From positions 1 to 64,000 of the forward strand of contig CAVTRY010000013.1 of assembly GCA_963737265.1 (NCBI GenBank): DNA of 64,000 nucleotides. The letters are read 5' to 3'. This DNA comes from an uncultured delta proteobacterium. GTDB lineage: Bacteria; Myxococcota_A; Polyangia; Fen-1088. A model generated the notes under the pieces. That model was given only the letters and a program-made list of their open reading frames with translations. It was not told the DNA's origin and did not search any database. The number at the start of each line of letters is the position of its first letter. The first letter of the stretch is position 1. This document shows, in pieces, positions 50,481-64,000 of the stretch. The position numbers were made by a program, and so were the translations under genes.

Positions 50481-51716
50481 CACGGTTTCCTCTGTGCGGG
50501 AGCCTGCGGTTCGGCGACACGGACTGGCGTGCCTTCGGCGAGAGAGTCGGAGGGATTCAACACCACCCATTCGTCGCCTTTGAGCCCGGCGACAATTTCA
50601 ATTTCCGTTCCGAAGTCCCGGCCCGGCGTAACCGGGATCAGGGAAATAGTCTTCCCGTCTTTTACAACCGCTACTTGCAGGCCCGCGGATTTGAAAATCG
50701 TCGTATTCACGGGAAGCGTAAACGTGTTCACAGGGGAGGGCATTTTGAGATGGACTTCCACGTAGCCTCCCGGTTTGAGCAGGTGCGCGGAATTTTCCAC
50801 ATCCACTTCGGTGAGCAAGGTTCGCGACGTGTTGTCAATCGCTCCGGAGCTCCTGGACGACGGTTCCCTGGAATTTACGGCCGGGGAATTCGGTGAGAAC
50901 CAGGTCCGCGTGCAGCCCCGGCCTGATCTCCGGAGAATTGAGCTGCGGGACGTTGACGTAGACGCGCAAAGGGTTCAAGGCCGCGATGTGAAACAGTTCA
51001 CGCGCCGTTCCGCCGCCGCTGCCGGAATCGATCAGCTGGCCAATGTCGGTATTGCGCGCCGTGATTACGCCGTCAAAGGGAGCGTACACTTTCTCGAACG
51101 ATTGCATGTCCTGCAGCCGCTTCACATTGGCCTGAGCTGATTCGACGGCGCTCCTGCGAGCATCGTAATTTCCCGTGGCGTTGTCGACGTCCTGTTGCGC
51201 GACCGAATCCGTTTTCAGCAATTCCTTGTAGCGGGTGGCCGTGATTTCCGCAAGGCTCATGTTTGCCTGGGCTGTTGTGAGATCGGCCCGCGCCTGCTGC
51301 AATTGCTGGTCTACTTCCGGCGAATCGATTTCGGCAAGGAGTTGTCCGGCTTTCACATTCGCGCCGATATCGGCGTACCACTTTTTCAGATAACCGTTGG
51401 TGCGCGCGAAAATGGGCGCATCGGTATAGGGCTGCATATCGCCGGGGATGACGATTTCCTCTTGAGGCGCCCCTGCCTTGGGATGAACGACGGAAACGGT
51501 CGGGATCGCGAGGTCGCGCGTCTCCAGGGACAGCTGCGCATTGGCCTTGCGGCGGCTCGAGATTCCCCAAATGACGACCATGGCGACGACAACCACGATG
51601 AGCAAGAGCATTACCGTGCGGGTCACCTTGCTGCCGGGAGAAGGTGAACCGCCGTACTGCTCATGCTCGCCGGCCGGCGCGTCCGCGCGGCCCCGCTGAT
51701 TGGTAACAACCTCCAT
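50480..51716 (-). CDS. RND efflux periplasmic adaptor (MFP); apparent frameshift near 50845
   Basis: ARTNGYL, DIGANVKAGQLLA and APFDGVITAR; SRTLLTEVDV and PGGY continue in ORF 50480..50818; GGAGG RBS. Confidence 0.9.
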
Positions 51717-51783
51717 CTGATCCTCCGAAATTCGGGTGCGGGCTGTCGCCGCGGCGACGAGCGCGCATGAAAACTGGTCCAGA

Positions 51784-54984
<3,201 letters not shown>

Positions 54985-55267
54985 ACCGTGCTCTTAACTC
55001 CCAGGACTGCCCGCGCCGGGCTTTGCCGACACACGGGCGAAAATCATCGTAAACGCTTCCAGCGATTGCATTATCGGTCCGATTTCCCGCGCATGAAATC
55101 CGGTCTTCGCTGGCGAATCTGAAGTTTATCTACGACTTGCGTTTTCTTTCCCCAACTCGCGACTCCCGAAGGATTTGCCGGGGCGCGCAAACCACACAAT
55201 CTTCAGATGCAAGAGCCCAAAACCGCGTTACAAACTCATTTCCCAGAGTTGTCATCAAGCCTGCCGC

Positions 55268-55948
55268 CTACTCCACAGGGACGCAGCTCGAAAAAATGGA
55301 ATCGAAAAAAATGCCCATCACTTTGCGCACGTCTCCATCGGACAGCGTCTTGGGGTCGAGCAGGTGTTCGAGCAGCAATCCTTGCGAGAGCGCCCCGAGG
55401 CAAGCCGAGGCCGCCGGGTACTCGATGGGAACGGTCTTGCCCAGCGTGCGCATGGTTTCGGCGAACAGCCTTCCCACCGAGGCGCGGATGCGGCGGTGCC
55501 GGCTGCGCAGCCGGGCGTGCGACTCGGGGTGGCGCATGGCGAACAATTTGAATTCCATGGAGATCAGGACCAGGGGGCGGTCCTTGGCGTGTTCGGCGTA
55601 ATGGCTTCGCAGCGCCACGAGTTTTTCGGCGGGATCGGAGTGTCTCCGGACGGCGTCCGTTAGGGATTCGATCCTCTCCCGCACCCACTCCTCGAACAGG
55701 GCAAAGAAGATATCTTCCTTGCTTTTGAAGTTGGCGTAAAAAGCGCCTCGAGTGTATCCGGCGCCCGCCGCAATGTCTTCGAGGCGGGCCGCTTCAAAGC
55801 CGACCTTGGCGAAAATGCGCTTGGCGGCGTCCAGCAATTTCCGGCGGGTGGCCCGGGTGCGTTCGGCCTGGCGGGTGCGGGACGCGACGGGCAGGGAGGC
55901 TCGTCCCCGGCTGGTCTTGCCGCGTGCCGTTAGTGACATGGGCTTCAT
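55268..55948 (-). CDS. TetR/AcrR-family transcriptional regulator
   Basis: LLDAAKRIF...LEDIAAGAGYTRGAFYANFKSKEDIF HTH. Confidence 0.93.
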   Translation of the reverse strand: MKPMSLTARGKTSRGRASLPVASRTRQAERTRATRRKLLDAAKRIFAKVGFEAARLEDIAAGAGYTRGAFYANFKSKEDIFFALFEEWVRERIESLTDAVRRHSDPAEKLVALRSHYAEHAKDRPLVLISMEFKLFAMRHPESHARLRSRHRRIRASVGRLFAETMRTLGKTVPIEYPAASACLGALSQGLLLEHLLDPKTLSDGDVRKVMGIFFDSIFSSCVPVE

Positions 55949-55966
55949 TGCTTCGGCGCGCTTCGC

Positions 55967-55995
55967 TTGACAGGATACATACGTGTATGTATCTT
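55967..55995 (+). promoter_or_regulatory. Promoter with TetR-type operator
   Basis: TTGACA-N17-TATCTT overlapping the 9-2-9 palindrome GATACATAC-GT-GTATGTATC (55974-55993) between divergent tetR and tolC. Confidence 0.8.
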
Positions 55996-56123
55996 ACTAG
56001 GGCGTGTCCGGCCATGCAAGTCTTAATTGCAAAATCGGACGACCCGCCTTGCCTCCCCCTTGGATCGTGAACTCCGAGCGTTGCGGGCGCGGCTGGTCAA
56101 TCCTGAAGAATCGAGCGGTCTTC

Positions 56124-57524
56124 ATGAGAATTTCGAGGTTTTATTTCGTCCTTCTGATTTTTGGCATTCTCGCTCCCGTGGTCACCGGCCTGGCGCAAAC
56201 GGGGGCTTATCAGGGCAGCGCGAGTTCGGGCCCTCCCTCCGACCAGCCGGTCGCGCTGTCCCTCGATCAGGCCCTGAAGATGGGGCTGCGCTACAACCTG
56301 GGGGGAATTACCGCGGAGCAGTCCTCGGAACGCGCGAAAGGGCAGAACATTGTTGTGCGCAGCGCGCTGTATCCCGATATTTCCGGCGGCCTTCGCGAAA
56401 ACGTGCAACAAATCGATTTGCAGTCCTTTGGTTTCAATTTCAAATTTCCTGCGAGCACGGGGATAAATTTTCCGACCGTTGTGGGCCCGTTCAATTATTT
56501 CGACTTGCGCGCCTTCGTGACGCAGCGCGTCGCCGATGTGAATGCCATTCGCTCCTTCCAATCCTCCCGCGAAGCGCAACGGGCGGCCGAGCTTTCCGCG
56601 ATGGACTCGCGCGAAATCGTGGTCTACGTGGTGACCGCGGCCTATCTCCAGGTGCTTGCCGAATCGGCGCGCGTCGATTCGGCCAGGGTGCAGGTGGATA
56701 GCGCGCAGACGATTTTCCAGCAGGCGTCGGATCGCTTCACGTCGGGCCTGAGCGCGAAAATTGACATGACCAGAAGCCAGGTCGAGCTGCAGACCCAGCA
56801 GCAGCGGCTGACGGCGGAAGAGGCGGATTACGCGAAGCAGAAAATCGCGCTGGCGCGTTTGATCGGATTATCGCCCGCGCAATCTTTCAATTTGACGGAC
56901 AAACTGCCCTACGCGCCGCTCGAAAACATCACACTTGAGCAGGCGCTCACCCTGGCCGCGCAAAACCGCTCCGACCTGAAAGCGGCGGAAGCCCAGGTGC
57001 ACGCCGCCGAATTCACACGCAAAGCGGCCGTGGCCGAGCACTTTCCCACGCTTAATGTTTTGGCGGATTATGGCGTAATTGGCATGAATCCGGCGAATTC
57101 CCACGGGACCTTCGACGTGAGCGCACAGCTCCTGTTTCCCATCTGGGCGGGAGGACACACGCACGGCGACATCGTCGAAGCGGAGGCGACGCTGAAGCAG
57201 CGCCGAGCCGAATACGAAAACACGCGCGCCCGCGTGGAAGCGGACGTACGAAACGCATATCTGGATCTTAACGCGGCGGCGGAGTTGGTGCGCGTCGCGC
57301 AAAGCCGCCGTGACCTGGCGCGGGACGAACTGACCCAGTCGACGGATCGGTTTGCGTCCGGGGTTGCGGATACGGTTGAAGTGACGCAGGCCCAGGAAGT
57401 TGTGGCCAGCGCGGAGTCCGACTACATCGCCAATTTGAATGCCCACAACCTTGCAAAGGCCAGCGTGGCCCGGGCCATCGGCCAGGCCGAAAAAATCATG
57501 CGCGATCTCTTGAGGAGCCAATAA
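56124..57524 (+). CDS. TolC-family outer membrane efflux protein
   Basis: Signal peptide, [22 protein letters not shown] and [17 protein letters not shown]. Confidence 0.9.
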   Translation: MRISRFYFVLLIFGILAPVVTGLAQTGAYQGSASSGPPSDQPVALSLDQALKMGLRYNLGGITAEQSSERAKGQNIVVRSALYPDISGGLRENVQQIDLQSFGFNFKFPASTGINFPTVVGPFNYFDLRAFVTQRVADVNAIRSFQSSREAQRAAELSAMDSREIVVYVVTAAYLQVLAESARVDSARVQVDSAQTIFQQASDRFTSGLSAKIDMTRSQVELQTQQQRLTAEEADYAKQKIALARLIGLSPAQSFNLTDKLPYAPLENITLEQALTLAAQNRSDLKAAEAQVHAAEFTRKAAVAEHFPTLNVLADYGVIGMNPANSHGTFDVSAQLLFPIWAGGHTHGDIVEAEATLKQRRAEYENTRARVEADVRNAYLDLNAAAELVRVAQSRRDLARDELTQSTDRFASGVADTVEVTQAQEVVASAESDYIANLNAHNLAKASVARAIGQAEKIMRDLLRSQ

Positions 57525-57526
57525 CC

Positions 57527-58786
57527 ATGGCGGTTGACCAAATACAGCAGTCGAGTGCGTCCCGGCCTGCCGAACCCGCGGGAAAATTCAATGAACCAGG
57601 CGGGCCCGGCAGCAACGCCGAGGGCCGGCGGAAGACGCTCCTGTTTGCGGCCATCATCGGCTGCGTGATTGTCGTGGGCGCGGGTGCTTTCTGGCTGTAT
57701 TCCCGCGGATATGAATCCACCGACGACGCTCAAGTGGACGGGCACCTCAACGGGATCACGGCGAGGATCGATGGCGACGTGCAAGCTGTTCATGTGGAGG
57801 AGAACCAGTCCGTCAAAGCCGGAGACTTGCTCGTGGAGCTGGACCCGCGCGATTACGAAGTTGCCGTCGAGCAGGCGCAGGCGCAGCTGCTGAAAGCGCA
57901 GGCCGGTGAGCGCGCGGAAAATCCGAACCTGCCCATCACGCAGAGCACTTCGCAAACCAGCGTGTCGACGACCAAGTCCGAAGTGGCGAACGCCGAAGCC
58001 GCGGTCGCAGCCGCCGAACGGGACCAGCTGGCCGCGCAGTCTCATGTGCTGGAGGTGGAGGCGAATAACGCCAAAGCCCAGGCCGACGTTGCACGCTACA
58101 AGGCCCTCGTGGACAAAAACGAAGTGTCGCGCATGGAGTACGACCAGGCGGTGGGCGCAGCCAAAGCTTTCGCCGCTTCCGTCGATTCGGCGCGCGCCTC
58201 GGCCGAAGCCGCGCAAAAAGTGGTGGACCAGCGCAAGGCGCAACTTGAGCAGGCTCTTAGCATGATGCGGTCCGCCCAGGTGAATGCCCCCAATCAGGTG
58301 GCAATTTCCCGGGCGAATTTACAATCCAAACAAGCCGACGTGCAAGCCATGAAAGCAGCGCTCGACCGCGCGCAACTCGATCTCAGCTATTGCAAGATCA
58401 TCGCGCCGGTGTCCGGCGTCATCAGCAAGCGCACGGTGGAAGTTGGCGAACACGTCAGCAAGGGCCAGCGCCTGGTCACGCTGGCCGACCTGGGCGATTT
58501 GTGGGTGACGGCCAATTTCAAGGAAAGCCAGTTGAAGCAAATGCACGCCGGCCAGTCGGTGACGATTTCCGTGGACGCCTTCGACCAGGATTTCGACGGA
58601 ATGGTCGAAGCCATGCCCGGCTCGACTGGCTCGGTCACGAGCTTGCTGCCTCCAGAGAACGCCACAGGCAACTACGTGAAGGTTGTCCAGCGCCTCCCCG
58701 TCCGCATCCGCTTCAAGCCCGGCCAGCAAGGCCTGGACCGCCTCCGCCCAGGAATGTCGGTCGTCCCGAAAGTTATGTTGAAGTAG
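57527..58786 (+). CDS. EmrA/HlyD-family membrane fusion protein
   Basis: [18 protein letters not shown] and [22 protein letters not shown] motifs. Confidence 0.93.
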   Translation: MAVDQIQQSSASRPAEPAGKFNEPGGPGSNAEGRRKTLLFAAIIGCVIVVGAGAFWLYSRGYESTDDAQVDGHLNGITARIDGDVQAVHVEENQSVKAGDLLVELDPRDYEVAVEQAQAQLLKAQAGERAENPNLPITQSTSQTSVSTTKSEVANAEAAVAAAERDQLAAQSHVLEVEANNAKAQADVARYKALVDKNEVSRMEYDQAVGAAKAFAASVDSARASAEAAQKVVDQRKAQLEQALSMMRSAQVNAPNQVAISRANLQSKQADVQAMKAALDRAQLDLSYCKIIAPVSGVISKRTVEVGEHVSKGQRLVTLADLGDLWVTANFKESQLKQMHAGQSVTISVDAFDQDFDGMVEAMPGSTGSVTSLLPPENATGNYVKVVQRLPVRIRFKPGQQGLDRLRPGMSVVPKVMLK

Positions 58787-58880
58787 CGCACGCTTCAGCT
58801 TGTGCGGGTTTCTTTCTGACCTTGGCAAACACACACGGCGACTCAGTTTTGGTTTATGTAGCGCCCGCCTTCAAGCGGGC
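58783..58880. repeat. Tandem REPs (family C then family A) inside the emrA-emrB-like gap
   Basis: GTAGCGCACGCTTCAGCTTGTG at 58783 and TGTAGCGCCCGCCTTCAAGCGGGC at 58857. Confidence 0.8.
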
Positions 58881-58940
58881 ATTTTGGATTCGAGCGCATG
58901 TCTGTCCGCCACGGCGGACGGGCGCCACCGGAAGAACACT

Positions 58941-60530
58941 GTGACGGACGCATTAGACGCCGCCTGGAAGCCGAAATATAATCCCTGGCTGATCGCCCTG
59001 ACGGTCACGCTGGCCACTTTCATGGAGGTGCTTGATACCTCCATCGCCAACGTCTCCTTGCCTCACATCGCGGGAAACCTCTCCGCCAGCCAGGTGGAAT
59101 CCGCGTGGGTCCTCACAAGCTATCTGGTTTCCAACGCCATTATCCTCCCGATCAGCGCGTGGCTCTCGACCATCATTGGCCGCAAGCGCTTCTATATGTC
59201 GTGCGTCGCGTTGTTCACCGTCAGCAGTTTCTTGTGCGGACTTGCTCCGAGCCTGGGGATGTTGATTTTCTTTCGAATTTTGCAGGGTGTGGGCGGGGGA
59301 GGGTTGCAGCCGAGCGAGCAGGCCATTCTTGCCGACACGTTTCCTGCGTCCAAGCGCGGCATGGCCTTTGCCGTTTATGCCATGGCTGTGGTGCTCGCGC
59401 CGGCAATCGGTCCGACGCTCGGCGGATACATCACGGACAACTACAATTGGCGCTGGATTTTCTACATCAACGTTCCGATCGGGTTGCTGTCGCTGTTCCT
59501 GACCAACCGCATGGTCGAAGACCCGCCGTTTTTGAAACGCGAGCAGGAAAGACGAAGAGGCATTCGCGCCGATTATGTGGGCCTCGGACTGATTACTCTC
59601 GCCATCGCCAGCCTGCAGATCGCGCTCGACAAGGGGCAGGAGTCCGACTGGTTTTCCTCGCGGTGGATTACTTCGCTGGTGATTCTCGCTGCTTATGCGT
59701 TCGTGATCTGGATCGTTTGGGAATGGCATCATCCGAATCCGGTGGTGGATGTCCGCTTGTTTCAGAGGCGCAATTTTGCCACGGCGATGTTTTTCAGTTT
59801 TATAGTGGGGATCGTGCTTTACGGCACCACGTTCATGATTCCGCAATTTTTGCAGGTGCAACTCGGATATCCGGCGGTGGTGGCCGGGGAGGCGCTGGCC
59901 GGGGGCGGCTTCATCATGATCATGGTGTTGCCGTTTGTGGGGACGATGGTCTCGCATGTGGACCCGCGCAAAATGATGGCGTTCGGTTTCGTATCGATTT
60001 CCGCCGCGATGTATTACATGTCGAGCTTATTCAGCCTGACCATGGACTTCCGCGCCGCGTTTTTGATGCGCACACTGCAGATGTTCGGCTTGGCTTTCGT
60101 CTTCGTGCCGCAGAATGTCCTGGCCTATGTGGGAATTCCGCGCGAGAAGAACAACCAGATTTCTTCGATGAACAGCTTCATGCGCAACGTCGGGGGAAGC
60201 ATCGGAATCGCGCTCATCTCGACGTCGATCGCGCGCATCGCCCAGCACCGCCGTTACTCGATGGTCGCGCAAACAACGCCGGGATCGCCGCCGTACGAAG
60301 GCATGGTGTCCGGGCTGACAGAGACTCTCAAAGGAAAAGGATCGGACACGGTCGAAGCCGCGCGCCAGGCTCACGGAATCGTGTCGTTCCTGATCGACAG
60401 GCAGGCGACGACGCTCGCCTACGTCGAGGTGATTTCCATTCTCGCGGTCATCATCCTTTCCCTCGTCCCCTTCCTCCTCATCATGCGGAGAAACAAGCCC
60501 GCGCTCGGCGAGCAGACCGCAATTCACTGA
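58941..60530 (+). CDS. EmrB/QacA (DHA2) family MFS efflux permease
   Basis: FMEVLDTSIANV, GRKR, RILQG, APAIGPTLGG and WRWIFYINVPIG motifs. Confidence 0.93.
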   Translation: MTDALDAAWKPKYNPWLIALTVTLATFMEVLDTSIANVSLPHIAGNLSASQVESAWVLTSYLVSNAIILPISAWLSTIIGRKRFYMSCVALFTVSSFLCGLAPSLGMLIFFRILQGVGGGGLQPSEQAILADTFPASKRGMAFAVYAMAVVLAPAIGPTLGGYITDNYNWRWIFYINVPIGLLSLFLTNRMVEDPPFLKREQERRRGIRADYVGLGLITLAIASLQIALDKGQESDWFSSRWITSLVILAAYAFVIWIVWEWHHPNPVVDVRLFQRRNFATAMFFSFIVGIVLYGTTFMIPQFLQVQLGYPAVVAGEALAGGGFIMIMVLPFVGTMVSHVDPRKMMAFGFVSISAAMYYMSSLFSLTMDFRAAFLMRTLQMFGLAFVFVPQNVLAYVGIPREKNNQISSMNSFMRNVGGSIGIALISTSIARIAQHRRYSMVAQTTPGSPPYEGMVSGLTETLKGKGSDTVEAARQAHGIVSFLIDRQATTLAYVEVISILAVIILSLVPFLLIMRRNKPALGEQTAIH

Positions 60531-60542
60531 ACCGCAGCCCAA

Positions 60543-60614
60543 GTGGCGCATGCTTTAGCTTGTGAGGTTTGGTCTTTAGCAAGACCAAACCTCACAAGCT
60601 AAAGCATGCGCCAC
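60543..60614. repeat. REP pair, family C, perfect 34-bp inverted repeat
   Basis: 60543-60576 is the exact reverse complement of 60581-60614. Confidence 0.92.
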
Positions 60615-60721
60615 CTGAACCACTCCATCTCGGCTATACTGTCGCGGCCAGCCTAACTTTCTGGCAAATGAATCTGGAATTGGCATCTGTGCTGCCCAAC
60701 GAATTTTGCACGCGACGTTTT

Positions 60722-60800
60722 GTGGCAACGGCGTCTCACCGGCGATTTCGCGATGAGAAGTAACCGCAAAATCCGCCGGCGGGACGCCGGCGCGACGAAA
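60722..60800. repeat. Degenerate REP pair, family D
   Basis: GTGGCAACGGCGTCTCACCGGCG...CGCCGGCGGGACGCCGGCGCGACGAAA. Confidence 0.7.
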
Positions 60801-60823
60801 TCTGCGCGAGGACTGGAGTTTGG

Positions 60824-61591
60824 TTGTATCCCTTCATTCACATTGGCCCATTGACGCTCGGCTCGTACGGTCTGATGGTGGCGATCGGCCTGATCTGTGC
60901 GTTCTTCATCTTGCGCGCGGATTTTGCGCGCCGCGGGGTTTCCGCCGACGCCGAGGGGATCATCGGCATTACGGGCCTCTCCGGACTCGTTGGTTCGCGC
61001 CTTTACCATCTGCTGGAAAGTCCCGCCGAATTTTTCGCTGATCCGTGGCCGCAGCTTTTCAGCACGATGGGTTTCGCGTTTGTGGGCGCGATCATCGGCG
61101 GATTCCTCGCCCTCGTGATTTTAGCCAAACGATTCCGATTGCCGGTGCTGCTCATGCTGGATGCGGCCTCCCCGGCGGCGGCCATAGGTTACGGTATCGG
61201 GCGCATCGGCTGCCTGATATCCGGCGACGGCGATTACGGCATTCCCACGTCGCTGCCCTGGGGAATGAGTTTTCCGAACGGCATCGTGCCCACCACGGAA
61301 AAAGTTCACCCCACGCCGATTTACGAATTCCTCGTGGCGATTTTAATTTTCTGGATTCTCTGGCGCCTTGGCTCGCGCGGCTTGAAAACGCACGCGCCGA
61401 ACGGAATTATTTTTGCGGCGTATCTGGTGCTCACCGGAATCGCCCGGTTTCTTGTCGAAATTATCCGGATCAATCCGCGTTCGTTTTACGGCCTCACGAA
61501 CGCGCAGGCGGCGAGCTTGGTTTCAGTTCTTGCGGGTATAGGCTTGTTTGTTTATTGCCGCAAGGCGCCCCGGCAATCGAACCGCGCTTGA
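60824..61591 (+). CDS. lgt: Prolipoprotein diacylglyceryl transferase family protein
   Basis: SYGLM, GSRLYH, GRIGC, LPWGM, HPTPIYE and RFLVEIIR motifs. Confidence 0.85.
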   Translation: MYPFIHIGPLTLGSYGLMVAIGLICAFFILRADFARRGVSADAEGIIGITGLSGLVGSRLYHLLESPAEFFADPWPQLFSTMGFAFVGAIIGGFLALVILAKRFRLPVLLMLDAASPAAAIGYGIGRIGCLISGDGDYGIPTSLPWGMSFPNGIVPTTEKVHPTPIYEFLVAILIFWILWRLGSRGLKTHAPNGIIFAAYLVLTGIARFLVEIIRINPRSFYGLTNAQAASLVSVLAGIGLFVYCRKAPRQSNRA

Positions 61592-61620
61592 CGGTTCAGC
61601 CCCGCTCGCTTACCGTCCCA

Positions 61621-61643
61621 GTAGGACAGGCTTCAAGCCTGTC
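61621..61643 (+). repeat. Single REP, family B
   Basis: GTAGGACAGGCTTCAAGCCTGTC, identical to 32362-32384. Confidence 0.85.
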
Positions 61644-61736
61644 GCTTTTTGGTGGTCGCGAAGACGATCACCCACAGACTGCCCTTCATTTTATGCAGGG
61701 TAAAAAGTCTGTGCTACTTTTTCGGAGACACGCTCA

Positions 61737-62162
61737 ATGCCACGCCCGCTCGGAGTCACGATTCTCGGCGCAGGGATGATTCTCGCCGGGCTGGGATTTG
61801 CGGCCGCGGGAATCATCTTCTTTCTTATGGGGTCAACCGGGGCGACCGCGGCTTCCCCGGGGAACGGCGTCGTGGCGACTCTGTTGATCGCGCTCGGCGC
61901 CGCCGCGGGAATCATTTTTTTGCTCTTCGGGGCGCTGCACGTCATCCTGGCGATTGCAATTTTTAGATTGCGAAATATCGCGCGCGTCCTGACGATTTTT
62001 TTATTCTTGCTGATTGCCGCGGGAGCGTGCCTCGGATTGATCGCCACGCTGGTGAGCTACAGCCATGCCGGCTTGCTGTGGAACGTGTTCATACTCGCGC
62101 TGGATTTGCTGGGGCTATGGTATTTGTTGCGCCCGGCTACCAAGGAAGCTTTCCACGCATAA
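61737..62162 (+). CDS. Hypothetical 4-TM membrane protein
   Basis: RPLGVTIL start, four hydrophobic helices, YLLRPATKEAF end; GGAG RBS. Confidence 0.8.
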   Translation: MPRPLGVTILGAGMILAGLGFAAAGIIFFLMGSTGATAASPGNGVVATLLIALGAAAGIIFLLFGALHVILAIAIFRLRNIARVLTIFLFLLIAAGACLGLIATLVSYSHAGLLWNVFILALDLLGLWYLLRPATKEAFHA

Positions 62163-62176
62163 CTTGCGTCCGTCGA

Positions 62177-63703
62177 TTAATTTCCAGCGCCCGCCGCCTT
62201 GCTTGCCGCGACCGGCGGCTTGCCGGAGGCGTCCACCATTTCCACGGAGCCGTATTTCTCCAGCACTGTCTTAATTTTGCTCGCGTCTCCGACCGCCACC
62301 ACCTGCATCGTCGCCGGATTGATGTATTTCTTCGCCACGCGCTGGACGTCGTCCGCCTTAATGGCCACAATCTGCGCGGGATACTTGTCCCAATAATCGG
62401 CGGGGAAGTTATACGCCTTGCGCGTGATGGCATAGCCGATCAGCTGCTGAGGCGATTCGAGCGAGAGCGCAAAACGCGCCACGACCGAGCGGCGGGCCGC
62501 GTCAAGCTCCTCCTCGGGCACCTTTTCGTCGCGAATCCGATTCAATTCGCGAAGAAATTCCGTCATGGCTCCGTCCGTCACTTCCGTGCGCAAGTCGCCG
62601 CCCGCCGTCCACGGCCCGGCATATTTCCGCGCGATTACGTTGCTGTACACGCCGTAGGTGTAGCCCTTTTCCTCGCGCAGATTCAAGAACAGGCGGCTCG
62701 CCGATCCGGCGCCGAGGACTTCATTCAATACCACCAGCGCCGGATAATCCGGATTCGTGCGGTCGATCGCCAGGTTGCCCATCAGCAGCGTGGTTTGCAC
62801 CGATCCGGGGCGGTCAATGAGAAATATTTTTTCCTTGCCGGCGGGCGCGGGTCCCTTGGGGAAATCCACCGGGACTTTCGAACGCTGCCACTCCGCGAGC
62901 CACAGGCGCAGCTTCGGAATAAGCGTTTCCGCATGGACATCGCCTGAAATGGCCAGGATCGTGTTCTGCGGCGCGTAGCGCTTGTCGTGCCACTCCGCGA
63001 GCATCGCCGGCGTCAGGGCATCGAGAGACTCGGGCGTGGCCGAGACGACCGCCGCAGGATAGGTTCCGTACAGGGCGCGGCTCATCGTCTGATTCGCTAA
63101 AAAGCCGGGTTGCGAGCGCTGCTGCAACAGAGCGGACTTTGCGCGGGACTGGTATTGCGCCAGTTCATCGGCGGGAAAACTGGGATGGAGCAGGACGTCC
63201 GCGGTCAGCGCGAACCATTGTTCGAACGTGTCGGACAGTCCCGATGCGCCCACGACGGCTGAGCCGGAACCGAACCCGGCCGACGCGGAAAGCGATGCGC
63301 CCAGGGAATCGATTTGCTCGGCAATTTGCTTGCTCGTGCGCGTCTTCGTCCCGTCGGTCAAGAGACGCGCTGTGGCGCCCGCCAGGCCCGGTTGGCCGGC
63401 TGGTTCGTACATCGGGCCCGCGCCGTTGACGTCGAATTGCACGGTGACGAGCGGAAACCGGTGGTCTTCGAGAATCATCAGGTTGATGCCGTTGGGAAGC
63501 ACGGTTTCGATCGGACGAGGCAGCTTCACCTTCAGGATGTCTTTCGAAACGGGGGCGCGATTCAGCCGCTCGACCTTGCTCGTGGGGATCGACTTGTCAT
63601 GGGCGGCGTCGCCCTGGCTCCAGCCCGTTGCCGCTAATGCGGCCGCCAGAAGTACAGCTGCCGATGCCCGCATGGAAAACGTGAAGCTCACTTTGCGTCT
63701 CAT
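62177..63703 (-). CDS. M16 (pitrilysin) family protein, probably the non-catalytic subunit
   Basis: LPNGI, GTKTRT, YAPQN and SRLFLNLREEKGYTY; no HxxEH (reads GLAGATARLL). Confidence 0.88.
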   Translation of the reverse strand: MRRKVSFTFSMRASAAVLLAAALAATGWSQGDAAHDKSIPTSKVERLNRAPVSKDILKVKLPRPIETVLPNGINLMILEDHRFPLVTVQFDVNGAGPMYEPAGQPGLAGATARLLTDGTKTRTSKQIAEQIDSLGASLSASAGFGSGSAVVGASGLSDTFEQWFALTADVLLHPSFPADELAQYQSRAKSALLQQRSQPGFLANQTMSRALYGTYPAAVVSATPESLDALTPAMLAEWHDKRYAPQNTILAISGDVHAETLIPKLRLWLAEWQRSKVPVDFPKGPAPAGKEKIFLIDRPGSVQTTLLMGNLAIDRTNPDYPALVVLNEVLGAGSASRLFLNLREEKGYTYGVYSNVIARKYAGPWTAGGDLRTEVTDGAMTEFLRELNRIRDEKVPEEELDAARRSVVARFALSLESPQQLIGYAITRKAYNFPADYWDKYPAQIVAIKADDVQRVAKKYINPATMQVVAVGDASKIKTVLEKYGSVEMVDASGKPPVAASKAAGAGN

Positions 63704-63746
63704 TGAAATTCCCCTGCGCCCTCACCGGGCGCATTTCTCTTCCCAA

Positions 63747-64000
63747 TTAACGAGCCGGTCCGGCCTGCGCTTGCGCTTTGGATTTGTCAAAACGACGGTT
63801 CTCTCGATTTGCGCCGAGATACTGCCGGGCCACGCGCTGAATATCGGCGGGGGTAATCTCGCTGTATTTTGCGAGAACGGTGTTGATCAGATCGGGATCG
63901 TTGAAGTACACGGCATACCGGCCGATCGTTCGCGCACGGCTCATCGTGCTGGTCATGGACTCGGCCTGCTGCAATCGGTCCTGAATGAGGACCTTCTGCA
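63747..64000 (-). CDS. C-terminal part of an upstream M16-family protein (truncated by the window edge)
   Basis: ITPADIQRVARQYL is a typical M16 C-terminal motif; adjacent to its likely partner gene. Confidence 0.7.
   Translation of the reverse strand, partial: QKVLIQDRLQQAESMTSTMSRARTIGRYAVYFNDPDLINTVLAKYSEITPADIQRVARQYLGANRENRRFDKSKAQAQAGPAR

Noticed and set aside
60824-61591. Lgt lacking the HGG motif (reads FVGA) as a novel enzyme
   Set aside because: The other Lgt motifs are intact and this position varies among homologues; insufficient evidence alone.

Overview
A 64 kb GC-rich bacterial chromosomal segment. The gene families suggest Acidobacteriota (inference). At least 10 otherwise intact-looking genes carry single-base frameshifts, most simply read as long-read consensus errors. 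In order: VanZ-like gene, guaB, YheT-type hydrolase, a 3343-aa surface lipoprotein with 15 tandem ~105-aa Ig-like repeats, a KimA-like APC permease, a GbsR-regulated cluster, qor and a small HTH protein. Next comes a cpATP-grasp/alpha-E/transglutaminase operon divergent from an unannotated amtB remnant and a glnD with a degenerate transferase motif. Then vapBC, msrPQ, a CHAD protein, an Oar-type TonB receptor and a two-component system. The rest is an envelope-transport block (two RND systems and one EmrAB-TolC-type system, with RraA-family aldolase, rpiB, dihaem cytochrome c, YncE-like propeller and TetR), followed by lgt and an M16 peptidase pair. Best unannotated signals: (1) a hidden ~114-aa ORF with a TM helix and a C-terminal RAPP ribosome-arrest motif leading the RraA-RND operon; (2) the amtB relic plus atypical GlnD beside the cpATP-grasp system; (3) a 91-bp palindrome apparently translated in-frame in an efflux lipoprotein; (4) GTAG/GTGG REP elements with covarying stems whose ends supply stop codons. 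No rRNA, tRNA, CRISPR array or transposase was seen.
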